A stretch of DNA of 64,000 bases, taken from the NCBI RefSeq assembly GCF_009914755.1, contig NC_060930.1, one strand, 5' to 3'. Origin of the DNA: the human T2T-CHM13v2.0 reference genome, Homo sapiens. The position numbers and the translations under genes are program-made. A model generated the notes under the pieces. That model ran no database searches. It had not been told where the DNA came from and saw nothing but the letters and a program-made list of their open reading frames with translations. Shown piece after piece: positions 11,985 to 27,163 of this stretch (the first letter of the stretch is position 1; each line of letters starts with the position of its first letter).

Positions 11985-12900
11985 ATTATTCATTCCTTTA
12001 GACATTAAACATTCATTGAGCACCTGCTGTATGCAAAGCACTGGGCACCCACACTAAGATGAAAACCAAGATAAGTAAGACAGCATGTAGATTCTAGCTG
12101 CCTGGTTGAGAGGTTACAGTCAGAAAGTCCTTATAGCCATTCAGTGACATACAGATAGGGATAGGAGAGGAAATGGGGTGAGCACAGGGAAGGGATAAGT
12201 ATAGGGTCAGGGCTACCACCCTTCTTTTCCCCATGACCCCATGGGGGCAAATATGTCCTGTCTCTTCCTGGGTGGGTGATGTTCACTGCCCCTTTCTCCA
12301 TTCCAATTGGAACTTCTAGATTGAGCCCGAAGCTAGACTTGCAGATCACAATTTTAAGAAAGTTGGATGTTCTGCAACAGGTTACACAGGAGCTATCATT
12401 GAGTCATCTTTTCGTTCACCCAATCATTTATTCATTCATTCATTCAACAAGTATTTCCCAAGCACCAATTCCATCCTCAACAAAAGACTCCTAAATCACA
12501 GGCCAGATGAAAGACGTCACTATTCACTTGGAAAAATTCAGCTGATTATGATCCTGGTCGGAGTGTACTCAGCGTCCCATGAGAGACACGGACCTATAGG
12601 GCTGCAGGAGCTCAGCAGAGGGAGCTGGCACCACAGTGGGGGGCATCGAGGAAAGCTTCCTTGGGGAGGTGGTACTTCAGTTACCTTTCGAAGGATAGGT
12701 ATGACTGATATAGACTGAGTAAAGGGGGAAAACTTTGGCTTTCAATAAGAAGAAGGATAGGAAGGGAAAACTGCACATTAAGTTAGGCAAGTGGGAGTGA
12801 GAGGGAATGCTACATTTTGTGGGATGCTGAATGGACTGGTTTGACTGGAATTGAATTGTTGGAATGGGGCTGGAGAGGTAGGTGGATAGAGACCTGCTTG
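11985..12900 (-). mobile_element. L2 fragments (degraded, discontinuous)
   Basis: CATTCATT...ACATTCATTGAGCACCTGCTGTATG and ATTCATTCATTCAACAAGTATTT L2 3'-end signatures. Confidence 0.55.
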
Positions 12901-12922
12901 GAGATGATGATGACCTTGAGGC

Positions 12923-13300
12923 TGTATTAGTCAGTTCTTACCACAGTAGTGCTGCTTAGCAAATCAAATGAACACTACTACGGCTTACAACAAGCCTTTG
13001 TCTTCTCACTCACGGACTTTGGGTTGGGCTCCAGACTGCTCCACGTTCTCCTTGAGCCAGCATGGCAATCACAGAAACTCTAGAGACAAGAGACCAAGCC
13101 AAAGAGCACAGACATTTTTAATCCTGTATTCTGGTCAAATCCATTGATTGACATGGCATTGGCCAAAGCAAGTCTACCATGACCAAGCCTACCGCCAGTG
13201 TGGCGGGAAAGTAGAGTCACATGACAAAGGGAGTGATGGTATAGGACGTAGAAAGTAAGAGTGAATAACTGGGACCAATGATCCATTGGAAAGTTCCACA
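12923..13300 (-). mobile_element. MLT1 (ERVL-MaLR) solo LTR relic
   Basis: TGTATTAGTCAG...ATTGGCCAAAGCAAGTC...CCACA with TG..CA termini. Confidence 0.6.
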
Positions 13301-13359
13301 AAACTTCCTAAGCAATTGGGTGGTATGAACCCCACCCTATGGTTGCTGGCTTCTTGTTT

Positions 13360-13560
13360 CTAAAGCCCTTTCACAGACAAAATCCCATTTTCATCCTCCC
13401 AACAAGTCCTCTGAAGGAGGTGTTGTGTTCCCATTTTTCAGATGAAGAAAGGTGACTCAGAGAAGCAGTGTGGCTCACCCAAGTGACATAGCTGGAAAGA
13501 GATGGAGCTGAGATTTGAACCGGAATCCTTAAGCTCCAAGCCCAGAGCTCCTTGCTCTCC
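13360..13560 (-). mobile_element. MIR
   Basis: CCCATTTTTCAGATGAAGAAA...CTCAGAGA...GAGCTGAGATTTGAACC core. Confidence 0.7.
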
Positions 13561-13744
13561 CCTGCAGCTGCTTCAGAAAGATGGATCTGCTGTTGTGTGC
13601 AGGATGTGGGAGAGCCATGGGGGCCTGCTGCAGATGGCTGACAGCTGAGAGATGAAACAGCAGTCCCGGTCCTGCACGGAGGCCCAAGCTAGGCTGATGG
13701 CAGAAGGGGAGACAGAGGTCTAAGTCTTTTTTGTTGGTTTTTGC

Positions 13745-14324
13745 ATTTGCTTCCTTTATTGAGGTGTAGTTTGTATAAAGTAAAATGCACAGATCTGAAG
13801 TGGACAGTTAGATGAGTTTTGTCAAACGTGTCTGCGTTATCAACACCCAGATGAATGTAGGGAACATTTCCATAATCCCAGAAAGGTTCCATTGTGTCCC
13901 TTCCCAGTCAGTCCTCCTTCCTCCAGGCAACCATTTTTTGGACCCCTTGTCACCACAGGTTAGTTTTGCATCTTTGGATATAAGTGGAGTCACACAATAT
14001 GTTCTCTTTTTTGTCTGGCGTATTTCACTCAGCATGTCTTGGGATTCATTCACATCATTGCATGTAGCAGTAATCAGTTTATTTTTATTGTAATACCTAT
14101 TCCGCTGTATGAATGTGCCATAATATTTAATCCATTTTCCTATTGGTGGACATTTGACGTTGTTTCTAGTTTCTTGGCTTCACTGACATTGTTGGTATGA
14201 ATGTTCTTGTACAAGTCTTTTTCCGGACCTATGTTCTCATTCCTCTTTGGGTATATCCTTAGGAGTAGAATTGCTGGGTCATAGGTTAGGTGTGCATTCA
14301 ACTTTACTAGCAAACGCCAAACAG

Positions 14325-14356
<32 letters not shown>

Positions 14357-14710
14357 AGACCAGGTCTCTCTCCATCATCCATGCTGGAACATAGTGGTAC
14401 AATTACAGCTCACTGCAGCCTCGAACTCCTAGGCTCACATGATCTTCCTTTCTCAGCCTCCTGAGTAGCTGGGACTACAGGCATAAGTCACAATGCCTGG
14501 CTAATTTTTTGATTTTTTTGTAGAGATGGAGTCTTGCTATGTTGCCCAGGCTGCTGCCAAACAGTTTTCTAACATGATTTTACTATCTTACACATAAGCC
14601 AGCAATGGAAGAGAGTTCCAGTTTCTCTCTCTTCTTGCCAACATTTGGTAGGATCAGTCTTTTTTATTTTAGCCATGCTAGTGAGTATGAGAAGATATCT
14701 CATTGTTGAA
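13745..14710 (-). mobile_element. Old L1M 3' fragment interrupted by an Alu
   Basis: TTTATTGAGGTGTAGTTTGTATAAAGTAAAATGCACAG...CCTTAGGAGTAGAATTGCTGGGTCATAGG; ORF2-like remnant YDPAILLLRIYPK in ORF 14140-14382. Confidence 0.85.
14331..14553 (-). mobile_element. 5'-truncated AluJ
   Basis: TSD GCCAAACAGTTTTCT at 14316-14330 and 14556-14570. Confidence 0.92.
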
Positions 14711-14714
14711 AGGT

Positions 14715-15420
14715 CCATTTTCTAATCCAGTTTTCCTCTCTCCTGCTCTGGTCTGTATCTCAGGAGGCTGCCCTGGTAGGCTGCTTTTACCAGCGCTTGT
14801 TAGAGACTGCGCTGCTAGCCAGGTTTAGCCAGTAGGAGGCTCTGGCAGGAGACTGGAGAGAGGGAGCAAGATAAAAGTCAGGGTAGGGTGGGTGCGGTGG
14901 TTCATGCCTGTAATCCCAGCACTTTGGGAGGTCAAGGTGAGCAGATCACTTGAGGTCAGGAGTTCAAGACCAGCTTGGCCAACACACCGAAAACCCATCT
15001 CTACTAAAAATACAAAAATTAGCCGGCATGGTGGCACACGCGTGTAATCCCACTACTCGGGAGGCTGAGGCAGGAGAATTGCTTGAACTGGAGAGGTGGA
15101 GGTTGCAGTGAGCCAAGATCCTGCCACTGCACTCCAGCTTGGGGGACAGACGAGACTCTGTCTCCAAAAAAAATCCTCAAGACACTACCCAGGTAGTATC
15201 TGCAGCCACATTTCCTCCATGGCTCCAGCTCTTGGCCCCTGTGGGCCCTGCAACCTACCATGGTTGCAGCTTCCGCTGGTTGACCCCATCCTTGGGTTCC
15301 CAAAACACTGCTTCCTTCTTTTTTCTCTCTAGCCTAGGAGCGGTAGTGGCTTCTACTAAATAGCTTCACCAGTACCTCTTTGGCTTCTCAGCTCTTCCAG
15401 CACCTGTGTAACCATTTCCT
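14715..15420 (+). mobile_element. LTR33-like ERVL LTR, split by an Alu
   Basis: GGTTTAGCCAGTAGGAGGCTCTGGCAGGAGACTGGAG and CTCCATGGCTCCAGCTC resemble LTR33 as recalled. Confidence 0.5.
14886..15172 (+). mobile_element. AluS (Sx/Sz-like)
   Basis: GATCACTTGAGGTCAGGAGTTCAAGACCAGC; dimeric; A tail. Confidence 0.93.
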
Positions 15421-15847
15421 GCCTCTGGGATCTTGTATTTGCTGCTCCTGTTACTAAGACTGCTCTTCCCCCGGTTATCTGCAGGGCTCTTTGGTCTTTG
15501 CACAAATGTTACCTTCTCAGTGATGCCTCCCTGCCCGGACCACCCAACTTAAAATTAACCACCCAGCACTCGTTATTTCTCTTTCCTGTTTTATTTTTCT
15601 CCATAGCAGCTATCATCTTTTTTCATACTTTCCTTTCTACACTTTACTTGTTTATACAGACATCCTGCGTTTTGTTGTGCTTCACTTTATGGTGCTTCAC
15701 AGATACTACATTTTTTACAAATTGAAGGTCCGTGGCAACCCTGCATCAAGCAAGCCTATTGGTGCCACTTTCCCAACAGCATGTGCACAGTTCATGTCTG
15801 TGTGTTACATTTTAGTAATTCTTGAAATATTTCAAACTTTTTCATTT

Positions 15848-16076
15848 TGAGGTCAGAAGTTTGAGACCAGCCTGGGCAACATGGCAAAACCCCATCTGTA
15901 CTAAAAATACAAAAATTAGCTGGGCATGGTGGTGCGTGCCTGTAATCCCAGCTATTCCAGAGGCTGAGGCAGGAGAATGACTTAGAACCTGGGAGGCGGA
16001 GGTTGCAGTGAGCCAAGATAGCGCCATTGTACTCCAGCCTGGGTGACAGAGCGAGACTCTGTCAAAAAAAAAAAAA
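15848..16076 (+). mobile_element. 5'-truncated AluS inside Tigger1
   Basis: Starts TGAGGTCAGAAGTTTGAGACC; poly(A) to 16076. Confidence 0.92.
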
Positions 16077-16082
16077 GAGAGA

Positions 16083-16198
16083 GAGACAGAGTCTTGCTAT
16101 GTTGCCCAGGCTGGATTCAAATTCCTGGGCTCAAGCAATGCTTCCACCTCAGCCTCTCAAGTAGCTGGGATTTGCAGGTGTCTGCCACTGCAATGGGC
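16083..16198 (-). mobile_element. FLAM/Alu left monomer, antisense, inside Tigger1
   Basis: GAGACAGAGTCTTGCTATGTTGCCCAGGCTGG...GTAGCTGGGATTTGCAGG. Confidence 0.85.
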
Positions 16199-16624
16199 TT
16201 TCAAATTTTATTATTATTATTATATCTATTATAGTGATCTGTGATTAGCCATCTTTGATGTTACTACTATAATTGCTTGGGGCACCGTGTGTATTCTGAC
16301 CACTCCACTCACTGCCCATTTCCCCATCTCTGTTCCTCTCCTAGGGCCTCCCTATTCCCTGAGACAAAATAATACTGAAATCAAGCCAATTAATAGCCCT
16401 TCATTAGCCAATAAGCATTCAAGTGAAAGGAAGAGTCACACATTTCTCACTTTAAATCAAAAGCTAGAAGTGATTAAACTTAGTGAAGAAGATACGTTGA
16501 AAGGCAAGATAAGCCAAAAGCTAGGCCTCTAACGCCAGTTAGTCAAGTTGTGAATGCAAAGGCAAAGTTCTTGGAGGAAATTAAAAGTGCTACTCCAGGG
16601 AACACACCAATAATAAGAAAGTGA

Positions 16625-16941
<317 letters not shown>

Positions 16942-17096
16942 TTATTGCTGATACGGAGAAAGTTTGAGTGGTCTGGATGGAAGATAAAACCAGCCACAAC
17001 ATTCCCTTATGCCAAAGCCTAACCCAGAGCAAGAGCCTAACTCTTCAATTCTGTGAAGGCTGAGAGAGGTGAGGAAGCTGCAGAGGAAAAATCTGG

Positions 17097-17893
<797 letters not shown>

Positions 17894-18418
17894 AACAACA
17901 GATTTTCAATGTAAATGAAACAGCCTTCTATTGTAAGAAGATGACATCTAGGACTTTCACAGCTGGAGAGGAGAAGTCAATGCCAGGCTTCAAAGCCTCA
18001 AGGGACAGGATGACTCTCTTGTTAGGGGCTAATGACTTTAAGTTGAAGCCAATGCTGAATTATATTCTGAAAATCCTGGGTCCTTTAAGAATTATGCTAA
18101 ATCTACTCTGCCTATGTTCTATAAGTGGAACAACAAATCCTGGATGATAGCACATCTGTTTACAGCATACTTTACTGAGTTTTTTGAACCCACGATTGAG
18201 ACCTACTGCTCAGAAGAAAAGATTCCTTTCAAAATATTACTGGTCACTGACAACGCACCTAGCCACCCAAGAGCCCTGATGGAGGTGTACAAGGTGATGG
18301 ATGTTGTTTTTGTGCCTGCTAACACAATGACCATTCTCCAGTCCACGGACCAAGGAATAATTTTGACTTTCAAGTCTTATTATTTAAGTCTTATTTTGCA
18401 AGGACATACATTTTGTAA

Positions 18419-18499
18419 AGACATACATTTTGTGATCCACCCACCTCAGCCTCCCAAAGTGCTGGAGTTACAGGCATGAGAAAAAAAAAAAAAAAAAAA
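18419..18499. mobile_element. Short retro-insertion: antisense Alu left-arm fragment plus sense poly(A)
   Basis: GATCCACCCACCTCAGCCTCCCAAAGTGCTGGAGTTACAGGCATGAG then A19; flanked by AAGGACATACATTTTGTAA at 18400-18418 and 18498-18516. Confidence 0.85.
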
Positions 18500-18601
18500 G
18501 GACATACATTTTGTAAGGCTATCACTGCTATAGACTGTGATTTCTCTGATGGATCTGGGCAAAGTAAATTGAAAACCTCCTGGAAAAGATTCACCATTCT
18601 A

Positions 18602-18941
<340 letters not shown>

Positions 18942-20577
18942 TCATGATCATGAGAGGAGGTCAAAATATCAACATTAACAGGAGTTTGGAAGAAATTGAT
19001 TCCAACTCTCACGAATGACTTTGAGGGGTTCAAGACTTCAGTGAGGAAGTAGCTGCAGATGTGGTGCAAATAGCAAGAGAACTAGAATCAGAAGTGAATC
19101 TCATAACAAAATTTTAGTGTGTGAGGAATTGCTTTTATGGATGAGCAAAGGAAGTGGTTTCTTGAGAATCTACTCTGGTGAAGATGCTGTGAGCACTATT
19201 TAAATGACAACAAAGGATTTTGAATATTACATAAACTTAGTTGATAAAGCAGCAGCAAAATTTGAGAGGATTCACTCTAATTTTGAAAGAAGTTCTACTG
19301 TAGTAAAATGGTATCAAACAACATTGCATACTAGAGAAATATTTTATGAAAGGAAGAGTTCATCAATTACGCAAACTTCATTGTCATATTTTAAGACATT
19401 GTCACAGCCACCCCAACCTTCAGCAACCGCCACCCTGATCAGTCAACGGCCATCAACACTAAAGCAAGACCCTCCACTAGCAAAAACATTACAACTCACT
19501 GAAGGCTTAAATGATCATTAACATTTTTAACAATATTTTAAAATTAAAGCAGCTACATTTTTTTAGACATAATGCTATTGCACACTCAATAGATTACAGT
19601 ACAGTGTATACATAATTTCTATATGCAATAGGAAACTAAAAAATTCATGTGACTTGCTTTATTGTAATATTTGCTTTACTTTGGTGGCCTGGAACTGAGC
19701 CTGCAACATCTTTGAGGTATGCCTGTATTCTAATTGCCTCTCTACCCCGACCAGAATGTTAGATTCATGAGGGTGGGATTTGTTGTCCATTTGGTTCATT
19801 GTTGTATCATCAGTGACCAGTGGCCAATATAGAGTAGGCAATTGAACATTTTTTGAGTGAATAAATATGGGCAGAGTATGAAAGCAGGCAGTCCCAAGGT
19901 TCTGAATTGGAATCCTTGAGTTAGGACTCCATGGGCATCTTTAAGTCCCATCACAGGAGTTCAGTGGGTGAAAGAGTCCCAGCTGAAAGATGGAGAAGGT
20001 GCTTCATCCCTCTGTCCCTGCTTTTCTCATCTGCCAGGCCACTTCCCCGGGAGAGGTGGGCCAAGCACACTTTGGGACCTCCCATGTTGAGCTCAGCTCT
20101 GGCCCCTACTCAGAGGCCCAGAGGGCTGCTCTTGAATTCAGCTGTCAAAGGACACATTTGGACACAAAAGCCCTTCTTGATTAAAGTAGGGCTTTCGTTG
20201 GGAGTGGATGGGGTCAGAGGTCAAGATGGTGCCAAGCTGTATTTTTTAAATGAATCTTGACCCCTACCTCACGGCATACACAAAAATCAACTCCAGATGG
20301 ATTGTAGATCCAAATGGAAACAATACGACAATAAAGTTTCTAGAAGAAACATAAGATATCTTCATGACTTTAAGGTTGGCAAAGTATTCTTAAAAAGAGA
20401 ACACAAAAAGCACTTAGCCATGAAGGATAAATTGATACACTGGCCAACATTACAATTAAGATGTTATGCTCATCAAAAGACACTTTGAAGGGAGTGAAAA
20501 GACAAGTTGCAGGATGAGAAAATATATATGTAAAATATATATTCACCAAAAGATGCACATCCAGGAGATAGAAATTA

Positions 20578-20805
<228 letters not shown>

Positions 20806-21384
20806 TCGATAATAATACATGTTTTTTTAAAAAGCAAGAAAAAAAATAAAAAATTGGCAAAAAAATTGAATGAGCATTCACAAAAAAGGACACTCAAATA
20901 TCTAATACACAAGAGAAAATGGATTTCATTTCATTAGTCATTAGAGAAATACAAAAATTAAACTCACAATGCAATACCACCATTCATCCAGCAAAGTGGT
21001 TAAAATAATAAGACAGAGAATACCAAGTGTTGATGAGGATGTGGAGCAAATGGAACTCTGATGTATTGCTGGTGAGAGTATATATTGGTTCAACAACTAT
21101 TGAGAACTGTTTGGCATTACCTACTAAAACTGAACACATGCATTCTTTATGACCCAGAAATTCTATTCATCAGCAAATTTTCATAGCAGCACTATATATA
21201 ATAGCAAAAATCGGGAAAAGCTCAACAGTAGAATGCAGAAATAGATTGAGGTAAATTCAGACAGTGGAACACTAGAAAGTAATGAGAAAGAATGTACTAT
21301 TTCTCCATGCAACAATGTAAGTGAATCTTACAAACATAATATTGAGCAAAGAAAGCCAGACACAAAAAGTTTACATATTAGGAA

Positions 21385-21512
21385 ACCAGGTGGGTGGTAT
21401 GTGCCTGTAATCCCATCTATTCGGGAGGCTGAGGCAGGAGGATCACGAGCCCAGGAGTTCAAGACAAGCCTGGGCAACATAGTGAGACCCTGTCTCTTAA
21501 AAAAAAAAAAAA
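21385..21512 (+). mobile_element. FLAM Alu monomer
   Basis: Left-arm sequence ending GAGACCCTGTCTCTT plus poly(A). Confidence 0.85.
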
Positions 21513-21610
21513 CTTGTTTTAATTTTTAAAAAGCTTACATACTATATCATTCCATTTATATGAAGTTCAAAAACAGGCAAAATAAATCTATTGCATTAGA
21601 AGCTAGTATA

Positions 21611-21770
21611 GGCCAGGAGTGGTGGCTCACCCCTGTAATCCCAACATTTTGGGAGGCCAAGGTGGAAGGATCCCTTGAGCCCAGGAGTTCAAGACCAGCC
21701 TAGGCAACACAAGGAGACCCGGTCTCTATTAAAAATGAAAATAAAATAAAATAAAATAAAACAAAATAAA
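21611..21770 (+). mobile_element. FLAM_C/AluJ left monomer with (AAAAT)n tail
   Basis: GGCCAGGAGTGGTGGCTCAC...; TSD ~AGAAG(C/T)TAGTATA. Confidence 0.87.
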
Positions 21771-23713
21771 GAAGTTAGTATAATGGCTACTTTGGGGGAG
21801 GAGTAGGTGAACAGGTACTGGCAGGAGACGTGAGGTCATATTCCAAGGTGCTAATAAATGTTCTTTTTCTTCATCTGAATGTTGCTTACATGGGTGTGTT
21901 CACTTAGTGAAAATTCATCAAGCTGTGCACTTACAATTTATGTTCATGTCTATACATATATTCTACATCAATAAGAATACTATTTTTAAAAGCAGTGTTA
22001 TTAGGCTTGGAGGCAAACTGGAGCAATAGAAGCAAGTGACTCGGAGTGGGCAGATGGCCCAGGGTAGAGAGACTGGGGGTGGACTTCCGAGCTTGTCTCT
22101 CCTGTAAAGCCTGGTCCTTTCTCCTCTGGCATTGCAGCTTCCCTTTGGGTCCTGGGACTGAGTTGCCAGCACCTCTATGGCAAATACAAGGAGGGCAGGC
22201 AAGGAACCGGGCATGAAGGCAGAAGCCCTGGAACGAAGCCCCAGCTCTGCCACTGACCCCAAACTCACATGACCTTTCTGAAGCTCAGTAAAATAAAGGG
22301 AGACTGCACTGGTTGGTTGCAGGGATATCGCTCCAACAGCACAGGCAAAGGAGCCACGCTAGCTGGTGAGGGCTGCGTAAAAGGGGCTGAAGGGGAGTCA
22401 CAGCACGTGAGCATTTACTCAACAGCATCCAAACAGCAGAAAACGAGAGAGACACTATTAAACCCGGTGATAAGAGTGTGCACCCAGTGAGCTGGCTATG
22501 GGGACATCATTTGGCGTCTATCTGCCCTTCACTGTCATCCCAACAAGACTTGAACATGATTCTCAGTTTCAACAAGGCAGTCCCCTATACAAAGCCAGAT
22601 GCTTTGTCCGATCTTAGCAGCAGACATCCCAGTCTATTCCAGGATGAAGAAAACACTGGCAAGGCCACAAAAGTAGGACAGCGAAGCTTCCAGAAAACCT
22701 CTGAGTAGGTGCAGCTTGTTTTCCACATAGCTGCGCCCCACCTCCCTGCCCCCTTCCCCACCCCAACATTGCCTGGTCTGCAAAATCAGCGTCCCTTCCC
22801 GCCCTCCAGCCTGGAGTGCCGTCTGTCACCTCCTTCCAGTGAACCTGAGCACTCATTTCCCCCAGATCACATTCCCAGGCTTGGTCCCCTCCATCTTAGG
22901 GACTCTGTTCTGCCTCCCCCTCAACCCCTGAGCTCATCTCCATCATAGATTTTCTCACTGACTGCCATGGTATGTTTCCCTCTCTAGACAGGGGTTTCTG
23001 GGGAGCAGGTTCTGTATCTCATTCACCTTTTTGTCTTTGGCACTCAGCACATAGGAAGTGATCAGTAAATATTTCCTGAAGAATTGAAGGGAGGAACATT
23101 CCCCTAACTAGAGTCAAATTGTAAGGGATCTGCTTAACTCATTCACGTGAAGATGAAAAGCTATTGAATTCCAGGGATAGCTAAATAAGGGATAAATACA
23201 TTCACCTAAAGGACTGATAGTGACATTGATCAGAGACTGATGAGGGGAAATATATTTCACTGGGATCCCTCACAGTGATGCTGCATTGTCTGTGCAGGAG
23301 GCCAGTCCTGCACGTCTGTCATCATATCTTCAACACCATCGCCAATGGCAGACCAGACACAGTGACAGGTGTGTTGTCTTGTTTAATCCTGACAACGCCC
23401 CTGTGAGGTGACTACTTTCATCATCCTCATTTTACAGATAAGGAAGCTGAAGCACAGAAAGGTTAAGTAACTTGTCCAGGACCACTGCCTAGCAGAGCAG
23501 GAACTCAAACTGGGCTGGCTGACTCCTACACCCATATGCGAATCATGCAGCTCAGTGCCTTTCTATGACCCCTCAGAACCATGATCTTCAGGGTGACTTA
23601 TAAAATCAAGGTGTCCGCCTGCTTAGAGGCTTGGATTTGAAGGTGAACTCACCCAAGATAACAGCAAAACATATACAAAGGCTGAGGGAGGCAGGAGAGA
23701 GCAAGCAGCAGCC

Positions 23714-23871
23714 GTGTGTGTCTGTGTGTGTGTGTGTGTGTGTGTGCACGCACATGCACCCATGTACATACACATGTGTGCATATGTGCCAGTGCTTATA
23801 TTTGCATGCCAGGAGGTGGATGGGGTGTGCGTGCATGTATGCGGGAGTATATGAGCAAGTGCATGTGTGTG
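23714..23871. repeat. (GT)n and degenerate purine-pyrimidine tract
   Basis: Read directly. Confidence 0.8.
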
Positions 23872-25414
23872 CTGGGGCCAAGGGGAGGGGTTTGACAATT
23901 AGGAAAAGGTAATCGGGGTCGACACATAGTAAATATTTGTAGAATTGAATTGAAATGCTAAAGAGAGCACTTTACAAATGTGAGGTGTTGTTATTACTAT
24001 TACCTCCAAATCACAGGCCTTAGGAAAAGAGAAGAGAGAGTTGGTGACAGTTAGTTGGCCTCTTTTCATCTGCAGACTGCATTGCACTGACCTCTTTACA
24101 TGGCCTCTCTCTGGATCACTTTCCTCCTGAGCTGGCTGAAGCAGGGCTCCTGCAACCTGTAAGGATGGCAGTGACAGTGACAGTAGGAACTAACATGCAA
24201 GGAGCCCACCATATGGGCTGGTTCTGTGCTAAGTGCTCTGCACGTCTGCTGTTCATTACAAAGCCACCAATGAGGTGGGGACCTTTGGTATTCCCCAAGT
24301 GCAGAGGGGGAAAACGAGATTCAGAGGGGTTGACTGAGAGAACATGTACACGAGTACTGAGAACTCCTAGAGGACCAGGCTGTGTCTTTTCCACCACACT
24401 ATCCTGAGTCCTCCTGCACAATGCTAGCACATAGCAGGTTAATAGGTGGTCGGGGCCATGCAATGGACTGAAAATTGCAAAGCAATACTCTCTAGAGCCA
24501 GTCAGCCCTGAGCAGGACACTTCATCTCCCTATACCTCCATTTCCTCTGGTAAAAGTGGGGGTGAATAATTGTCACATCAGAGGGGTGCTGTCATGAGAG
24601 AATGTATGTAAAATGCCCAGTCCATTGTGAGTGCCCAAATACGTTAGCCATTACTATAAATGTGCTGCAGTTTTACTTGAACATAATATTCCCTCCTTCT
24701 CTCACAAAGTAGTGAAATTAGACTCAGAGAGTTGGTGCAAGTTAAGGGATTATCCAGTCCAACTCCCTCAGATAGCAGCTAAAAAAAAAACATGAAGCCC
24801 AAAGAACAAGCCTCATCAGTGGCAGAGCCTGGGTTGCACACAGATTTTCTTCTCCTGGGCAGGGCCTCTCCACCTGCCCAGAGTGCCTCTGATGGGGCCT
24901 TGACTGCTCTCGTAGAGCTGGCCTAAAGGTGCAGAAGGGCACGGGAGAGGTGGGGAGGGCACCAACCCAAAGCCCCAGTCTCTAGATGTGGGTGGCATTA
25001 AGGCCTGGGGGGGAGAGCAGCTGACACATACCCCACTGTAAACACCTGGCAAGGAGGCCAGAGAATGGGGCCCTCTTGAGGGGGCACCGGCTGGCCAGGG
25101 ATTATGGGAGACAGCATGGCTCCTGAAGGCCCAGAGTCCCTCAGCGCTCCCAGGCTCATGGGGAAGAGCCCCTTCTTCTCCCGGCTCTCCTGTGCCCACA
25201 CCAGTGATGGCCAGTCCCACAGTCTTCAAAAATGTGAGAGCCAACCCATCAGGACACACAGACAGCTCTTGGGCCCTGGGCTGGCCCCAAGCCTCTCCCC
25301 TGCCCCTGCAGCCTCTCCAAGGCCCTGGCCCCTCCTCAGTCTCCTTCTGGCTGCCATGCAACCAGGAGCCCACAAAACACCCACGTCAACTTGCCTCCTC
25401 CCCGGAGGCCGAAG

Positions 25415-25790
25415 GCCTTAAAATTTAATAGTCTCTCAAATGCTGTAACGCCAGAGGGGGCTTTTATGGACTCAACAGGGATAATATTATGAAGGGTGTT
25501 AGCCGCCTAAAGTGGGCTGCTCACGGTGGGGGGCCCGCCCCCAGCCCCTCCTACACACTTCAGGGGCCTCCAAGGGGCCCCTCCACCATAAGGGCCAAGT
25601 CCCTCAGCAGTGGCTCCGCTGCCTGTGACAAGCTTATTACAGAATAGTCCGCTGCAAACAGGAGCCTGATGGGAGGCTGGGACCCCGCTGGCCTTGGCTG
25701 GATTGGAGCAGAGGAGTTGGAGAGGAGGGCGGTCCAGGGGAAATATCTTGGTGACTAATGAGCGGGCAATTGAAAGCTGCAGTGTGTCAG
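25415..25790. promoter_or_regulatory. Candidate enhancer
   Basis: Repeat-free; TTTTATGG (HOX/CDX), GATAATATTATG, TGACAAGCTTATTAC, CTAATGAG, CAATTG. Confidence 0.35.
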
Positions 25791-27029
25791 TGGGGAGCAG
25801 ATGGGGAAGGAGGGGAATTCCTGCAGCCTGGCCTCAGAGGTGGTGGCGGGGGCTGGGAGGGAGAAAGTGGGAGGAGGAGGGAGGGACGAGGGGAGCAGTG
25901 TGGGGTCAGCAGGTGGGGGAGGAGAGGGAGGGAGAGAGGCCTGGCCTGGCTGTCACCCACAGATGGACACAGCTTCTGGGGCCCGGGTCCAGCAGGAGCA
26001 GGGACCAGGTGGTGGGCTGAGGGCAAGGCCACTGGTGTTTTCTGGGTCACTCGGCTTGTTTTCTTCTCCTTTTCTGAGGTCTGTATTTTTCTGCTGTTCC
26101 CCTTCTGCCACTTCCTTTCCCTTCTTGCCCTCTTGGTATCTCCTTGCTCATTCTTGCCTGCTTTCTTCCCTGTCTTCCTCCAGGTTCCCCTTCCTCAACC
26201 CCCTTTCCCCTTTTTCCTCCAGCTTGGTGTGTCCTGGGAGACCAGAAATAGGCATTCTGCCCAGTCTTCAGTAGGTGTGGGCGGTCCCCAAAATAAACAA
26301 AATACTAAACAACACTAAATAAAAGACCCTGGCTGATTTGCTAACAAACACACATGTCCGCTTATCCTAGACACATGAGTGTACACGCACATAGGTGCAC
26401 ACACTCACACGTACCCCAGACACACGCACACACATTCACACTTGCCCAGACACACTTCTATGTGCAAACACAGGCACACTCACACACACACATATTTTCT
26501 TCATTACCTCCTCTAATACTGTCTTTTTTCCATCTTGAGTTCAATGTTGTTTTTTGTCTCTTTTCGACCCTCCCCCTCCACTTCCCGTCAATTTATTCCA
26601 GCTGTGAAAACCTCTTTCCCATCTCCTCTGTCACCCCAGCAGATAGGTGAGTGGCAGGCAGAGGAGTCCACTCCGCAGCCACCGTTGGTAATCGATCCCA
26701 GATGTTGGGCTGGCCCCCAGCCCAGCCCCAGGCAGGGCTCCCGCGCCCGCTCCTACATCTGGGTGTGAAAGGCGAGCTGCAGCCAGGCCTGGGTCTCTGT
26801 GGGATCAGGAGCCCGGGCTCAGGGGACACTGGTGGAGAGGGCTGGGTCCAGGTGCTGCAGGAGGGAGGAGGCTGGGGTGCAGAGGATAAGGATGTGGGAG
26901 TCCTTGGAGGGAGGCCTAGAGGCATCCGACAGATTGTCTGGGATATTAGACCAGACTGAGAGGGACCAGGGCAGCCCAGAGCCGAGACGCTGAGAGACAG
27001 GCCTTCCCTTGGCCCCTTGTCAGCCATTT

Positions 27030-27163
27030 TATAAAATTATTTTTATAGAGATGGGGTCTTCCTATGTTGCCCAGGCTGGTCTCAAACTCCTGAGTTCAGG
27101 CAATCCTCCCATTTCAGCCTCCCAAAGTGCTGGGATTGTAGGCATGAGCCACCATGACCAGCC
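27030..27163 (-). mobile_element. FLAM_C monomer, antisense
   Basis: Left-arm reverse complement; CCATTTTA on both flanks. Confidence 0.87.
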
